Assembly (NCBI RefSeq): GCF_006345805.1
Contig: NC_043004.1
Span: 8,990,001-9,054,000 of the forward strand
DNA from: Octopus sinensis
Taxonomy: Eukaryota
Reading direction: 5' to 3'
DNA length: 64,000 nt
Position numbers and translations under genes: made by a program. The notes below the pieces were generated by a model. The model worked only from the letters and a program-made list of their open reading frames with translations, did not search any database and was not told the DNA's origin. Each line of letters starts with the position of its first letter. Position 1 is the stretch's first letter. Below are positions 14,191-27,845 of the stretch, piece after piece.

Positions 14191-16639
14191 CATACATACC
14201 TCATAGATATCAAAACCCCACTCCAACTGCTAAAAGCAAAAAAAAAAAAATAATAATAATAACCCAACCGAAAGAAATCTGCAAACAGAACCAGCAGTAA
14301 ATCCTTGTAAATCTCTATGAAAATAGAATCAATCCGGCAGGTGATGGCTTTAAATGACTGTAAGATGAGTTGATATGAAATAAAGTGCGTTAGGGTCTTG
14401 GTAAAGAGGTAGACGAAAATACACACACACACATACACACACACACACATGAATATGTGATGAGAATGTGTGTGAGAGAGAGAAAACATGTGTTTTCCCT
14501 AATCTTAAGCTAGTTTCAACACTCAATGTTTAATGGTCCAACACAGACGACTTAATCATTCTCACTTTTAGTACACAGACACATAGACACATACACACAC
14601 ATACGTTCATATATTTATATATATATATATATATATGAGTGTGTGTGTGTGTGTGTGAGTGTGTGCTTCAATATGTATGTATATATATGTGTGTGTGTAT
14701 GTGTGTATGCATATCTATAAATTTACACATTCATATACACACTCTTCATGCACACTCACACATACACAGTGATAGCCATAAAGTCCCCGTCCCCGCTCTC
14801 TGTCACTTGAACCCGCTCAAGGCATTACATATCCCATTCTCCATACTCACTCCTTCATATACATATCCCATATCTAGAAGTGTTCCCATATCTACGTGTT
14901 CATGTAATAGTAATTATCCTTGTAATCTGCTGAAAGACAGACAGATAACAAATTCATTTAGTAAAAACGACCTTAAAACGGAAGCAGTGAGCAAGCAGCA
15001 GTGAAGCCGACTTCCTGTTATAAAAAACTCAAAATGGTCTCCATATTTCATGTAACAGAATAAAGCAGCGAAGGGAGAGAATCTCTTTTCCTTTTGTGAA
15101 TGTTGTTACGAATCAAAAGATTTGATGATTTTCACTCCTGTAAATATTAAAATAATGAAAGGGAGAAGTTGGTGGTGTCGTTAGCGACATGCATGCGGTT
15201 GGATGTGTATTTCTTTCTATTGTGGATGTGTGTGTGTTTCTGAGTGTGTGTGCGTGTGTGTGTGTGTCTGAGTGTGAGTAGATGTGTCTTTGTATCAATC
15301 CGTGTAGTTTTGTGTATGTGTGCGTTTCTGTCTATGCGTAAACATACATTCACATACAAAGCATATATACGTACATACATACATATATACATACATACAT
15401 ACATACATACATACATACATACATACATACATACATACATTCACATACAAAACATACATACATACATACATACATACATACATACATACATACATACATA
15501 CATACAAATAAGGTTGTATGCTCATAGATACATACATCTGATAGTGTAACTATACAATATACACGTGAGGTTCCATAAATGCTATGATGATATATAAGTG
15601 CCTACGTATAGACGCAAGTATATAACTATGTGTATAAATATATGCGTTAACAGAGACGATTTCACGCCATAGTTTTATTCAGCATTAAAATAGCCATATG
15701 AAATGGACCTAATATTTGTCGCAGTTTTTACCAGAACCATGTATCAATAGGAGATCAGCTCTATTAACCTTTTCCCAAGGGAACGACTCTTGTAACTGTT
15801 TCTAACGTCTCGATAAAAATAGGTAATGGAGAATACAGTTTCCTACAAAAAAAAATATCAAAATAAAAAATACAAGGGATCACCGATTGCGGCTTCAAAC
15901 TTATATTCCGTGAACAGGTGGTTTTCTACAGTTCTATTCTCTTTTACAGAATAGAAGGGATTCGGATAAGATAAAAATCAGTAGAGAACGAGGTTGACGA
16001 GTGCAGGATAGTAAAGTGGAATTGAATGGTTTAGAGAAGTGCAGAATCCCACAGAATGCAATATTACAAAACCCTGGAAAAAATAATCCACCACAGGGTC
16101 CATCACTTGATGTAGTGTGAGGATTGTGTACCTGAATGACTTTGAGAGTTGTGCCAATGGAATGGAAGCTCCTGATAGGGCCTCGCATGTTGGATAGGTC
16201 AAAGAGTAGAGGCTAGAACAATGCGGACTCTTCCCAGAGTTGAAACAGATTTACGCAGAGCCAACGCGCTTACCTTGGAAAGGCCAAGTTAGAGGAGCAG
16301 CGATGACAATTGAAAATGTAGAAGACGATGGAGGCCAGAACGGGGTATAGTGGGGAAAGGGGGTCAACAAAGTCAGGCTGGTCCCAGCAATGAATAGCAG
16401 CCCAAATGGAACAAAGATGCTCCAAACAAAAAGCCATCGTTATTGTGTTGCTCGCACCTGACTCTGTATTCTATGTGACCTGAAGATTTGAGAAAATGGG
16501 GAATAAGGGCTTATGCAAAAAATAACTATACCAAGGTTTTAAGAACCGTCCCCACCCCCGCTACTTCCAATTCTTAAACATCTTTATACAGTCTAACAAT
16601 TGTTGTCTGATATGCTGAACACTACATTGTCCGATATAT

Positions 16640-16955
16640 GACTCCTTTATTTCTCTCTCTGAAAGTAGGTACAGTGTAATCTGCAAAAATAAGTCTGCTT
16701 TGAGCCGGGGAACTAACCAGACTGTTTCCTCGATCTCCATGGCGTATCTGGGACTGGGGTTACAACACTGGCACTGAACAAGACGCCGGTCCATCGCAGA
16801 GGGACTCATTTACTACTGAGCGGGCTGAAGCAATGTGAAATTAAAGGTTTTTCCCAAGAACACGATACACCGCCTAGTCCTAGAATCGAAATCACGATTG
16901 TAAGGTCGTGTGGTGCCATACTCTAACAACTAGGCCACGCGCCTTCACAACTTTG
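16640..16955 (-). mobile_element. tRNA-derived SINE with a CTGCGATGGAC..GCGTC central domain (Meta/V-SINE-like core)
   Basis: Minus-strand head GAAGGCGCGTGGCCTAGTTGTTAGAG...TTCGATTC followed by CCCTCTGCGATGGACCGGCGTCTTGTTCAG. Confidence 0.65.
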
Positions 16956-17814
16956 AAGGATATTTAGCTATTTCTAGTAGTTCGGGTTACCACGTAGAAA
17001 CTCCTCCCTCCCGTTGACTTCCAAGAGAAATTCTTTTACAGATATGGTGACAGCCTGTTTTACTTGTATGACAATTTGTAACACGTTCTGCGTGACCAAT
17101 CTGGAAGGAAATATATACATGAAAGGAAAAAGAGACCAAAAAAAAAAAAAATGATACGATAGAAAGGCGAAAGAAAAATATCATTTAAGAACCGAACGGT
17201 GCAGAATAAGAAAGGGGGAAAAAAAGTGCGTGTGTTGGGGGTGATAAACGGAGGGAAATGAAAGAAAACAATCAGAAAAATAAATGAAGGAGTAAAAAAA
17301 AGTTAGGAATTATAATATATGTTGGCAGACATCGCCGAATATGTCATAATGAATGGTAATACAGATATAATGGCGGTCTTGTAAAATTATTGACAGATTT
17401 TTTTAGGGGTCTATGTAACAAGCTATATTTTCCATGTGGTCCCTTACAACTCCCCCGTCAGCATCCCCTGTAATAAAAAAGAAAAAGAAAAGAAAAATAC
17501 TGTAATTACAGAAACATCTGGAAGAACAGAAGAGACAGACAGACAGACATCAGATAGAAATGAATTGAAAAAGGTTTCGACTCCAGATTTCTGAACGCAA
17601 ACAGATCTCCGAATATTCTCTCAGATACTTTCACTCATTTCTGACTTTTTTCTCTTTTTCTAACTCCCCTCGCCCCTCACACCACCGCTTCCCTAGCTTT
17701 CTCTCTCTTCTTCCTCCTCTTCTTCTCTCCTTCTTTCTTTACTTTGCTCTTCCATTCATTTAGAAAAAAAAAAAGAAAAATGTTTTTCTTTTTCGGCTGT
17801 TTTTCAGCTAGTTT

Positions 17815-17995
17815 CGAGTATCTTTTACTTGTTATACTCATTGGACTGTGGCCATGCTGGAGCGCCACCATAAAGGGTTTTGGTCGAGCCTAGAACTTAT
17901 TTTATTTTAAAGTCTGCTATTTATTTTATCGGTCACTTTTCTCGAACAGCACAGTTACGGGGACGTAAACAAACCAATACTGGTTGTCAAGCGGT
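17815..17995 (-). mobile_element. 3' half of a SINE of the 27427 family
   Basis: Reverse complement matches GCTTGACAACC...GTTTACGTCCCCGTAAC...GACCGATA...CTCCAGCATGGCCACAGTC...ACAAGTAAAAGA. Confidence 0.7.
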
Positions 17996-18089
17996 GAGAG
18001 TGTGTGTGTGTCTGCGACACAGACACACAAACAGACACACACACACACCACGCACACATATATAAGTACAGTCTATTTCATTTTATTTC

Positions 18090-18242
18090 TACATGGTTCG
18101 ACTCGCGGAGTGGGATGTGCTATCTTCTGCTTAACCCGCACTTATGAGTGACACACACGAACACAAACACACACGGCATTTTATAAGTGCTACTTAAGAC
18201 AGAAAATAAAACCGGATCCTTCAACACGAGTCGAACCATGTA
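18090..18242. repeat. 153-bp fold-back element with perfect 16-bp terminal inverted repeats
   Basis: TACATGGTTCGACTCG (18090-18105) versus CGAGTCGAACCATGTA (18227-18242); an inner ~30-bp imperfect stem closes a CA-rich loop. Confidence 0.88.
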
Positions 18243-18987
18243 ACTGCCGCTTACGCGATGCGCGTGTTACCGATAACAACATATGGACATTGAACATAGT
18301 TGTCTGTGAAAATAACAAATGTGAACGTCTTGTTTTTTACTGGATAATCTTGGTCAATCTAGTCTGCTTTCATGTCACAGACAATTTAGCAGATACTTAA
18401 CCAGCAGAAGATAGGATAACCCAATTAGCGGAGAAAGAACGAGAGAAATGGGCGGCGGTTGGTGGGGTTGTCGGGGAAGAGAAAACGAGAACCTGAGAGA
18501 GATGGATTGAGAGAAAAAACAAAGAATTTATTTCTGTTAATTTTTTAATGTTAATTCTCTCGTAGTGTCTTTGTCAACAACTATTAACTTTAGTAACAAG
18601 AACAATTACAAGCGCGGACATCATCAACAACGGATATGGCACCACCAACGACAACAACAACAACAAATATAGCAGCAAAAATGATGAACGTCAATAATAA
18701 TAAAAAAAAAGATGGCAGCGAAGACAACTGAGAAGAACCTGAGCGTTTTTATGTCAATCAATCATTTTGTAAGTTACATATCCATGAGAAGTTAATTATT
18801 CGCCATTTAATATGTCGGTTTGGCAACTGTCAACGGATTACTATTTGTTGCAGATTAGAAGAAATGGTGGAAGATGCCGAATGCGAAAAGCTGGCGTTCA
18901 GAAAGAACACACACACGCGCACACATATCTCTAGTTCCCGTCACTGCCCGATCCACAGCTACACATATATGTGTATATATATATGTG

Positions 18988-19023
<36 letters not shown>

Positions 19024-19404
19024 ATTATAATATATATATATAATATATATATAGATTTATATAGAGATATATGTATGTATGTATGTATATATGTATGTAT
19101 ACCTTATGCTTTATTTATTTATGGTGTTTTGTTTTCACAAATTTAGATATGAAGATGTCTACATGAAGTAATTGCTTGGTTCGTCGTGTTTCCTCTACCA
19201 TTAAGCCGTGAAATTAGAGGCGCGGTTTCAGTTCCCCGTTGCAGCTAGTCGGGGTAAACGATAGCATTTGTTTAACAGTTTAAAAAAATATCATAATGAT
19301 GTGTATACATACACACACACACAAACTCACGCACACGTAGACAAATTTTTTTATATATGTGTTCTGGTGTCATTTCTTAATAAACTGTCGTATGTGGTAT
19401 ATAT

Positions 19405-19439
<35 letters not shown>

Positions 19440-19934
19440 GCATACATGTGTGTGTGTGTGTAATTAAGCATTTCTTGCTTCTAGCAACTTCACACGCCCT
19501 GAATTTTTCATACAATTATTCTTTAGCACACGTCATTTATGTCTATACAAACATGTTACACACACACCACAACACACACACACGTGTGTGTGTGTGTAAA
19601 TGATGTATTCTCTCCTACGAAATGATGACTTATTAAAACCCGTCACATCATGTAAGGTCTATTAAGTTTAACTTCCATAAGGTCTATTAAGTTTAACTTC
19701 CATATTCTCCCAACCGTTTGCCGAAGAGACACAATTAACCTATCAATATCCACTCATTCCCCCACCCGTTTCTTTCCTACATGTAAATTAACAAAATCTT
19801 AAAACCAGATGAACCCATCAAGGTTTGAAATCTTTTCTTCGGCTCAGATTAAACATTACTTTTAAAAAAGGTGTTTTTGTTGCCATAGGAACACACAAAA
19901 TGGATTTTAAAAAGATTTCGCATATTCTTTAATT

Positions 19935-20125
19935 TTCTTATTCTTCGTTTCAGTCATAGAACGGCGGCCATGCTGGGGCACTGCCTGGAAGGTTTTAATT
20001 GAACAAATCAGCCCGGTACTATTTTTCGTCAAAATCTGGTAGGTATTCTATTGATCTGTTTTGCCGAACTGTTGTTAGAGAACATAATCAAACTAACATC
20101 GGTCGACAAGCAGTTGGAGAACAAA
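19935..20125 (-). mobile_element. 3' half of a SINE of the 27427 family
   Basis: GGCCATGCTGGGGCACTGCC...TTCTATTGATCTGTTTTGCCGAAC...GTCGACAAGC on the plus strand is the reverse complement of the family tail. Confidence 0.65.
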
Positions 20126-20861
20126 TAGACAGGTACATGCACATACATACGCACATGCATATGTATATACGCATGTATGAGTGCGTACATTTAACACATA
20201 TGTGTGTATATATACGTATGTGTGTGTGTGCGTTATATATATATGGATATATATTATATAATATACATGTATATATATGTATATAATATAATATATATAT
20301 ATATACATGTATATATATGTATATATATAATATATATATATATATATGTATGTATATATATGTATATATATATATACGTGTATATAATATATATATATAT
20401 ATATTATATATATATATTAGAAAATAAACACCTTTTATCAATTCAAAATGAACAATTAAAACTTTTAATTGTTCATTTTGAATTGATAAAAGATGGGTTT
20501 TTTTCTAATTTTATATATCTATATTATATTGTGTGAAATTTGATTTAGTATTTCTAAATTGAATTTTTTTTCCTTGTAAGTTTGGATTTATTCCCTCAAA
20601 TAATAATTATATATATATAATTGCTTAAACACAGAAGAAATCACTAAAGAAATACATATTTTATTGGCCACATTCCATGTAAAAATGTAAAACATCTTAC
20701 ATGGTCTCTAATGAAATAACCGTTCAGTTAACTAACTAACCCCGGCTTCATGACTTTAAGCAGAATATAGCTAACTCTCCCTAGGGACAGGTCACTAGAC
20801 TTTTACAGATCATCAGGGCCCTGAGAAATATGCGCAACTTCAAACTAACGCAACACATTAC

Positions 20862-20948
20862 TAGCAGTTTCTTCTGTCCTTCTTTCCCAATCCAACGTCG
20901 AAGTCCAGCTAAAATTATGGGCATTTCCCTTTCATCTTCTTCTGAAAC
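20862..20948 (-). CDS. Candidate 87-nt phase 0-0 exon, VSEEDEREMPIILAGLRRWIGKEGQKKLL
   Basis: Acceptor cccatttctattttgtttag|; donor CTA|gtaatg (alternative TGC|gttagt at 20850); protein-like composition. Homologue not recognised. Confidence 0.33.
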
Positions 20949-21406
20949 CTAAACAAAATAGAAATGGGACAATCTTACAAACAAACAATTTTGATGCAAA
21001 TGTATTCAAACAAAGCGGCGAACTGAAAGAATCGGTTGCGCGTCGAACAAAATGCTCAGTGGCATTCCTTCTGACTCTCTACCGTCTGAGTTCAAATTCT
21101 GCTGAGAGGTCGAGAAAATAACTTATCTATTAAATAATGATGTCAACGTAATCAACTTCCCCCACCTCAAAATTGCAACGGAGCCATTCGGGGGGAAATG
21201 TGATCTCGGTCACTTATACGCTTTGGAAGCCAGGTAACTGCCCGAGGTTACCTGGTTTCCCTGCCCTGGGGCTAAAGAAACGTTTCACAAAAGCGTTCAC
21301 TGCAGCTGTGGTCTCTAGTCACGTGTCTTTACGTTCTGAATGTAAATGTAAGAAATAAACGTTCATTTTCAAAATTCGTGGAGAGAACATAATAGATACC
21401 AGACAC

Positions 21407-21455
<49 letters not shown>

Positions 21456-21549
21456 TCAGTTGGACCGATCGATCGCCAAACAATTGACTTCGGTTAGAAA
21501 TCGATACCATAGTATATCAATCGAATCAGTCAGGCAATTAAAAGCATAG

Positions 21550-21652
21550 CCGACGACCCTGGCGGTATTTGAACTCAGAACGTAAAGACCGATGGAATGG
21601 CACTAAGCACCTTGGCCGCCGTGCTAACGATTCTGCCAGTTCGCTGCCTTCC
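21550..21652 (-). mobile_element. 5' part of a SINE of the 10548 family
   Basis: Reverse complement GGCAGCGAACTGGCAGAATCGTTAGCACG...TTTACGTTCTGAGTTCAAATACCGCCAGGGTCG. Confidence 0.8.
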
Positions 21653-21921
21653 CATATCCCTAAATTCTGATCTGTAAACATTTGTTAAATTCATTTCGAA
21701 TTCTTTTCCAGGTTCGTGAAGCAAATAATCCACTTGGCACCTGTCTTCATGCAGCCGAGTCTTGAAACGGACAACTTTCGCTTTTCTTTCCTAGGATTTC
21801 TTAGACTATGACTTCTACAGAAACAAATATATAAACACTACAAACAACGTGTCCGCAACTACAAAGGTTTCTGCTTCAATGGCAGCATGACACACATATG
21901 TTTCTTTGCCTCTTTACACGT

Positions 21922-21964
<43 letters not shown>

Positions 21965-22554
21965 CCTGTGTATACATATATACATACATGCGTACATACA
22001 TACATGCATAAATCTCTCTCTCGTTTATTTTTTATTACTTCTCTCAGTCATTTGCCTGCAGCCATGCTGGGGCGCCACCTTCGGGGTTTTTAGTCGAACG
22101 AATAGACTCCGGGATTTATTTTTTAGGCCTAGTACATATTCTATCGATCTCAAGCGATGGGGGTGGGGTAGTTGGGGGTGGGGGACAAAGAAAAACGCAC
22201 GAACACAAGCACACACACACACATGTATAATATATATATATGTATGTATATATGAAATGATGTTTTTCTAAGCCAGAAATAAGAAAATTCAATTCCATCC
22301 ATCCTTCCATCCATCCATCCATCCATCCATCCATCCATACTCATAGAAGTGGGTGTGTAAGCATGCGCGTATGTGTGTGCATATGTGTGCGTGTATACCT
22401 ACTCACGCCCACACATGTACATCCATATCTTAATATACACATATATATCTAAACATATATGTATATAAATGTATATACATATACATTTTCACACCCTGAC
22501 ACACACACACGCATACAAACACACACACACATATATGTATGCGTATATATATAT

Positions 22555-23128
22555 AAAGTCGAATTATTACCGTTACATACAGTAATAATAAGGTGGCTAG
22601 CAAGTTCAGACATTTACAGGCACAATATAAAGTAATTTAAGAAAAGTGAGGGTATAAATACTATTTGTTAAAATCTAAGCCATAGCTAAAAGAAAAAAAC
22701 CCATAAAAATTACGATAAAGATACACACAAGCAATGCAATGAACATTTCACTCACAGGTTTACCTTTGATTGGAATACAAAGATGAGTAATACATATTTC
22801 AATACCGATTGATTTCACGCTTTGCATGAAAAACATGCTTTGCGATCTTCAGTTGAAAATTGCATTTAACATTTATTTCTAAAATACTCAGTACGTTAGC
22901 TCGTTTGCGTTCCTAACTTTAAACGTCGCCCTCTATTTAAAAGGAACAGGGAAAATTTTAATAAAGTCGTATTATTACCATTATATACAGTAATAATGTG
23001 GCTAGGAAATTCAGACCTTTACAGGTACAATATAAAGTAATTTAAGAAAATTAGGGTATAAATACCACTTGCTAAAATCTAAGCCATAGCCAAAAAAAGA
23101 ACCCCTAAAAATTACGATAAAGATACAG
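22555..23128 (-). mobile_element. Penelope-like or retrozyme-like partial tandem: ~170-bp repeat, ~240-bp hammerhead-bearing spacer, ~170-bp repeat
   Basis: Direct repeats at ~22555-22725 and ~22963-23128 (period ~408 bp); hammerhead in the spacer; the minus-strand 3' end runs into (TA)n. Confidence 0.7.
22797..22858 (-). ncRNA. Type I hammerhead ribozyme fold
   Basis: Minus strand: tttcaa-CTGAAGA-t cgc aaa gcatg ttttt catgc aaa gcg t-GAA-ATC aatc GGT-A-ttgaaa. Stem I 6 bp, two-part stem II, stem III 3 bp, GUA triplet. Confidence 0.75.
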
Positions 23129-23593
23129 TAGATAAATTTCGCTTTCATGTAAAACAACTATATTTTGTAGTCATTATCCGTAATGTACTCTCAAAGCACT
23201 TCAGCAGCTCTACTTTGCATCACTCACAAACTTATCTGTTCTATGACCATTAAAGTGCAACGACCGCCACAATAACCAGCCTTCAATTTCATTTTCTGTT
23301 ACCAGGTTAGTCGGAAACATTGATTGCCATGCTATTCATAAACCTTCAAGGTAGTTCAATTATTTGGTGAAAAAAATAACAAATACCACCAAAGCAACTT
23401 AAACCGCCCAAATAACGAGTGCGTTTGCTAATATATGTACAGATATATATATATATATATATAGATATAATATATTATATATATAAATTAGAGAAAAAAC
23501 ACCTTTATATATATTATATTTTGGAAATATTAGTATTTCTAAATTGAATTTTCCCTGTAAGTTTGTAATGATATTCCCTCATATCATATTATA

Positions 23594-23638
<45 letters not shown>

Positions 23639-24803
23639 TTCTTTTCCTGTCCTTCACGCTGTCCTGTCTCGTTCTCTCTCTCTCTCTCTCTTTCTATCCC
23701 CCGCTACACACACACACACACACACTCACACACGTTAATATCAATTATGGAGAGAGTGATTAAGAGAAGATTCGCGTTTCTGTACTCGCTTAACGCTTTA
23801 CCCTAAAGCATGTTTATATTCAATTCTAACCACTGGGTATGAGTATCACTGGGCCTTAGTGAAACCAGAATACATGCACACAACACACAGACACCTGCAC
23901 ACAACACAGACATAGATGCATGTGTATAAACAATAATGTGATTGTCTTTTCCGTTTATTCTCGTTCTAATGACTTCAGAGGAAAACCAATTCGTTGCGAC
24001 AGAGAAGTATTCTGAATGTGTGGTGTTGTATTTTTTTGTTTGTGGTGTATTGTCTTCGAAGGGCGAACTGGATTATTGACTTCTTTTTAAGCAGTTGGTA
24101 CATGAACTGAGAATTCTTCAGACTCTAGAATCTGTGGAGGAATAGAGAAATCGTAAAGTAATAAGGAAAGGATGTGAGGAAATAAAATTGCTTGGTAAAA
24201 GAAAATCTAGAAAGTATCAAAAATATGAAACAAAATGAGTGCAAAAAAAGGGATAAAATGATTGATTGAGAGGCAATAAATAAATAAAGAAGAAAAAGGA
24301 AAAGTAACGGAAAAAGAAATGACACCACAAAAGCAACAAAAAAACAACGAAAACAACAAAATACTTGAAACTAAAAACTAAAAAGAAAAAATGGCTGACT
24401 GAATAAAAAGGGAGATAATAGAACATAAGTAAATGAAAACAAATAAAGGCATAAACAAATTACACATTGGTAGAATGTATTGGAAGAGTGAAACAATTAG
24501 CCAGAAAGAAAAAAGTTGAAGAAAGAAATGAAAACGAAGCAGAAAGACAGATAGATAAAGACAGACAGATAGATAGATAGAGTGGATAAATAGAGAGATA
24601 CGTAGATCGATAGAGAGAGAGAGAGAGAGAGGGAGAGAGGGAGAGAGAGAGAAAGAGAAAGGTAGAGAGAAATGCATGGCAGAAAGAAAGAAGTAAGAAT
24701 CAAAGAAACAGAGATAGGAATTAAAGGGCAGAACTGAAATGCAACGTAAGAAGCAGTGACAGGAATAAAGTCTGCTAGGGATGAGATTAAATATAAATTC
24801 AAT

Positions 24804-24864
24804 GAGAAATAGCGTGAAATGGCGAGAAATAGCGTGAAATGGCGTGAAATGGCATAAAATGGCA
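24804..24864. repeat. 10-bp tandem repeat (RGCGTGAAAT), about 6 copies
   Basis: gagaaat agcgtgaaat ggcgagaaat agcgtgaaat ggcgtgaaat ggcataaaat ggca. Confidence 0.85.
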
Positions 24865-25290
24865 CAGCTCGTTATTGAATTTGATTGAGCAATCCCGCGC
24901 AAAATATTAGGTCTGTCTTGTAAAACGGATATATCGGAAATTGCCATCTCCCTTAGCTTGCGTCGTCTCCGCTTTAAAGATTCAGTGATGACGGATTGTG
25001 TTGGATCGGGTCGGGGATGTCTGGCGTGGGGTGGGGGGGGGAGGGTCTCGTGGAAGGCAAGCTTTCGGATACTTTTTAACATGTAAAGACCATCAATCCG
25101 AAAAATAACTTTGCAACATGAAGGAAAAAGAGGAGGAGGAGGAGGAGGAGGAGACGAAGGGGAAGATGAAGAAGGAGAAGAACAACAATCATCTACTCAT
25201 ACACATACATATGTTCATATAAGTACGCATACGTATGTACACAAATGTGCATATATATATATATATATATACATACATACATATAGATAC

Positions 25291-25335
<45 letters not shown>

Positions 25336-25669
25336 TACTGTATATATATATTTATATATACATTACATTTGCAATGTTTATACATATATATTCATATATA
25401 TACACATACATACATAAACACGTGTATACATGCATACATAAATGCATGCAAATACACACCCACACACTCACACATACGTATGTTTACGTGCGTAAACAGT
25501 CTTAGAAAAAGCATTTCGGTATTTCTTTGAGATTGGCAGGAAATGAAAAGAAGACGAGTTCCCAGCTATCTCTGTTGTCTTTGGTGTCTTTGCACGGCAG
25601 AAACGCATACTAACATACATACTTACCACACACACACACACATGCACGCATATATACATACAAATGTGC

Positions 25670-25707
<38 letters not shown>

Positions 25708-26144
25708 CACACACGCAGGGACCTACACCTATCATTACTTACAAAGCACTCAAGGACACATTCACAGTTACACATAGACAAACGTCAGCATGAGCTCATC
25801 CGTATAGAAACTTACAAAGCCTGAGCGCATATCCATCCATATAAACACTAGGAGGTCGATACGTGCACACACCCACACCAACAAACGCATGAAGGCTATT
25901 ACAGGAGGTTCATCCAGCCTTCTACGTAAACATACGAAACACATGAAACGACACATAAACACGAATACATCCAAATGTGGACGCACAGCAGAGATCCATA
26001 GATACAGAAACGCAGAAACATTTTCAAAAACGCAGACGCGTGCGCCACACACACACACACATTTGTAAAGCAGGCACATACATAAACACACGTAGACACA
26101 TACATACGCAATCAGACACGATCATTAAGATTACGGTAATCACT

Positions 26145-26380
26145 CGCCACATCGTGGTTCACCTATCGCGGTTCACCTATCGCGGTTCACCTATCGCGGT
26201 TTATTATTTAAACTTATGTCGATTCTTCCGTGGTGTTGCTTTGCATTTATGATAAAATAAAAAATATACAAATTATAAAAGTTCATAAAAAAAAAATATA
26301 AAGTAGAGTATTGTTTCTTCTTCGCGGATTTTCAATTATCGCGGGGTTTTGGAACGTAACACCCGCGATAGTCGAGGGAT
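26145..26380 (+). mobile_element. Non-autonomous pogo/Tigger-like DNA transposon remnant with a 14-bp subterminal repeat in 3 copies
   Basis: (GGTTCACCTATCGC)x3 and end TATCGCGGGGTTTTTGGAACGTAACACCCGCGATAGTCGAGGGA, resembling pogo-type MITE termini. Confidence 0.5.
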
Positions 26381-26591
26381 AAGTTTATATGTATGTTTGT
26401 GTTTGTGTGTGCATGTGTGGTTGGGGTTTTGGGCGGCGGTATTGGGTGTGTATATATGTGTGTATATACGTATACAGATATGCTTCCATGTATATATATC
26501 CACACATCCATGCACATACATATGTATGTATATATTTGTATATATATGTATACGTATAAAAGTATACATTCATACAAACATCCAAACATAG

Positions 26592-26646
<55 letters not shown>

Positions 26647-26675
26647 GCTAGCTAGCTAGCTAACTATCTGTCTGC

Positions 26676-26738
<63 letters not shown>

Positions 26739-26775
26739 GCTAGCTAGCTAGCTAGCTAGCTAACTATCTGTCTGC

Positions 26776-26877
<102 letters not shown>

Positions 26878-27426
26878 GCCTGCCTGCCTGCCTGTCTATA
26901 TATTTATCTATTTTCTGAGACCTTCAGAGGAGAAAAAAAATACTCCTTGTGTGTCCCCAAATAGATTTGGAGAGGGGGTGTCATTTAGACGTATACAAAA
27001 CAGAATTCAGTTCAGCTGGTCAATAGTAGTGGCATAACAGTACATGCACTGACAATCTGAAGTAATCGATTGATTAATTGATTGATTAGTTAACGGTGTA
27101 CTGTAAAGAATTTTGGGATAGTTTGAAATGTAAATTGTAACATGGACAAGACATTAGAGGAGCGAGGAAGACGGAAGTGTTATGAGAGCTAACGGATAAT
27201 TGATGAAGAAATGACACATGCGCCACTGTCCGCGTTCGTTATTTTCCGTTGTATATCCTGTGAATTTCCTTGCTATGTGTGCACCGTTTCTTGCACTACA
27301 CGTACACACACACATACATTTAAAGACACGCACACAGACATACAAATATAAAGACACGCACACACACATACATGTGTATATATGTATACATTTATATATA
27401 TTATATATACATATATATATAATATA

Positions 27427-27845
27427 GGCGCAGGAGTGGCTGTGTGGTAAGTAGCTTGCTAACCAGCCACATGGTTCTGGGTTCAGTCCCACTGCGTGGC
27501 ATCTTGGGCAAGTGTCTTCTGCTATAGCCTCGGGCCGACCAAAGCCTTGTGAGTGGATTTGGTAGACGGAAACTGAAAGAAGCCTGTCGTATATATGTTT
27601 ATATATATGTATGTGTATGTAAATGTTTGTGTGTCTGTGTTTGTCCCTCTAGCATTGCTTGACACCAACGATGCTGGTGTGTTTACGTCCCCGTCACTTA
27701 GCGGTTCGGCAAAAGAGACCGATAGAATAAGTACTGGACTTACAAAGAATAAGTCCCGGGGTCGATTTGCTCAACTAAAGGCGGTGCTCCAGCATGGCCG
27801 CAGTCAAATGACTGAAACAAGTAAAAGAGAGAAAAGAGTAAAGAG
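27427..27845 (+). mobile_element. Full-length tRNA-derived SINE (GGCGCAGGAGTGGCTGTGTGGTAAG family)
   Basis: A-box-like TGGCTGTGTGG, B-box-like GGGTTCAGTCCC, central TG-rich linker, tail ending AAACAAGTAAAAGAG; partial copies elsewhere in the window. Confidence 0.9.

Noticed and set aside
21690-21830. Protein-like frames (ERKAKVVRFKTRLHEDRCQVDYLLHEPGK on -, DFLDYDFYRNKYINTT on +)
   Set aside because: Splice signals are incomplete for each frame, the strands conflict, and no homologue was recognised.
24378-25082. Longest ORF (234 aa, minus strand)
   Set aside because: Runs through a 10-bp tandem repeat, (CT)n and (ATCT)n; no recognisable domain.
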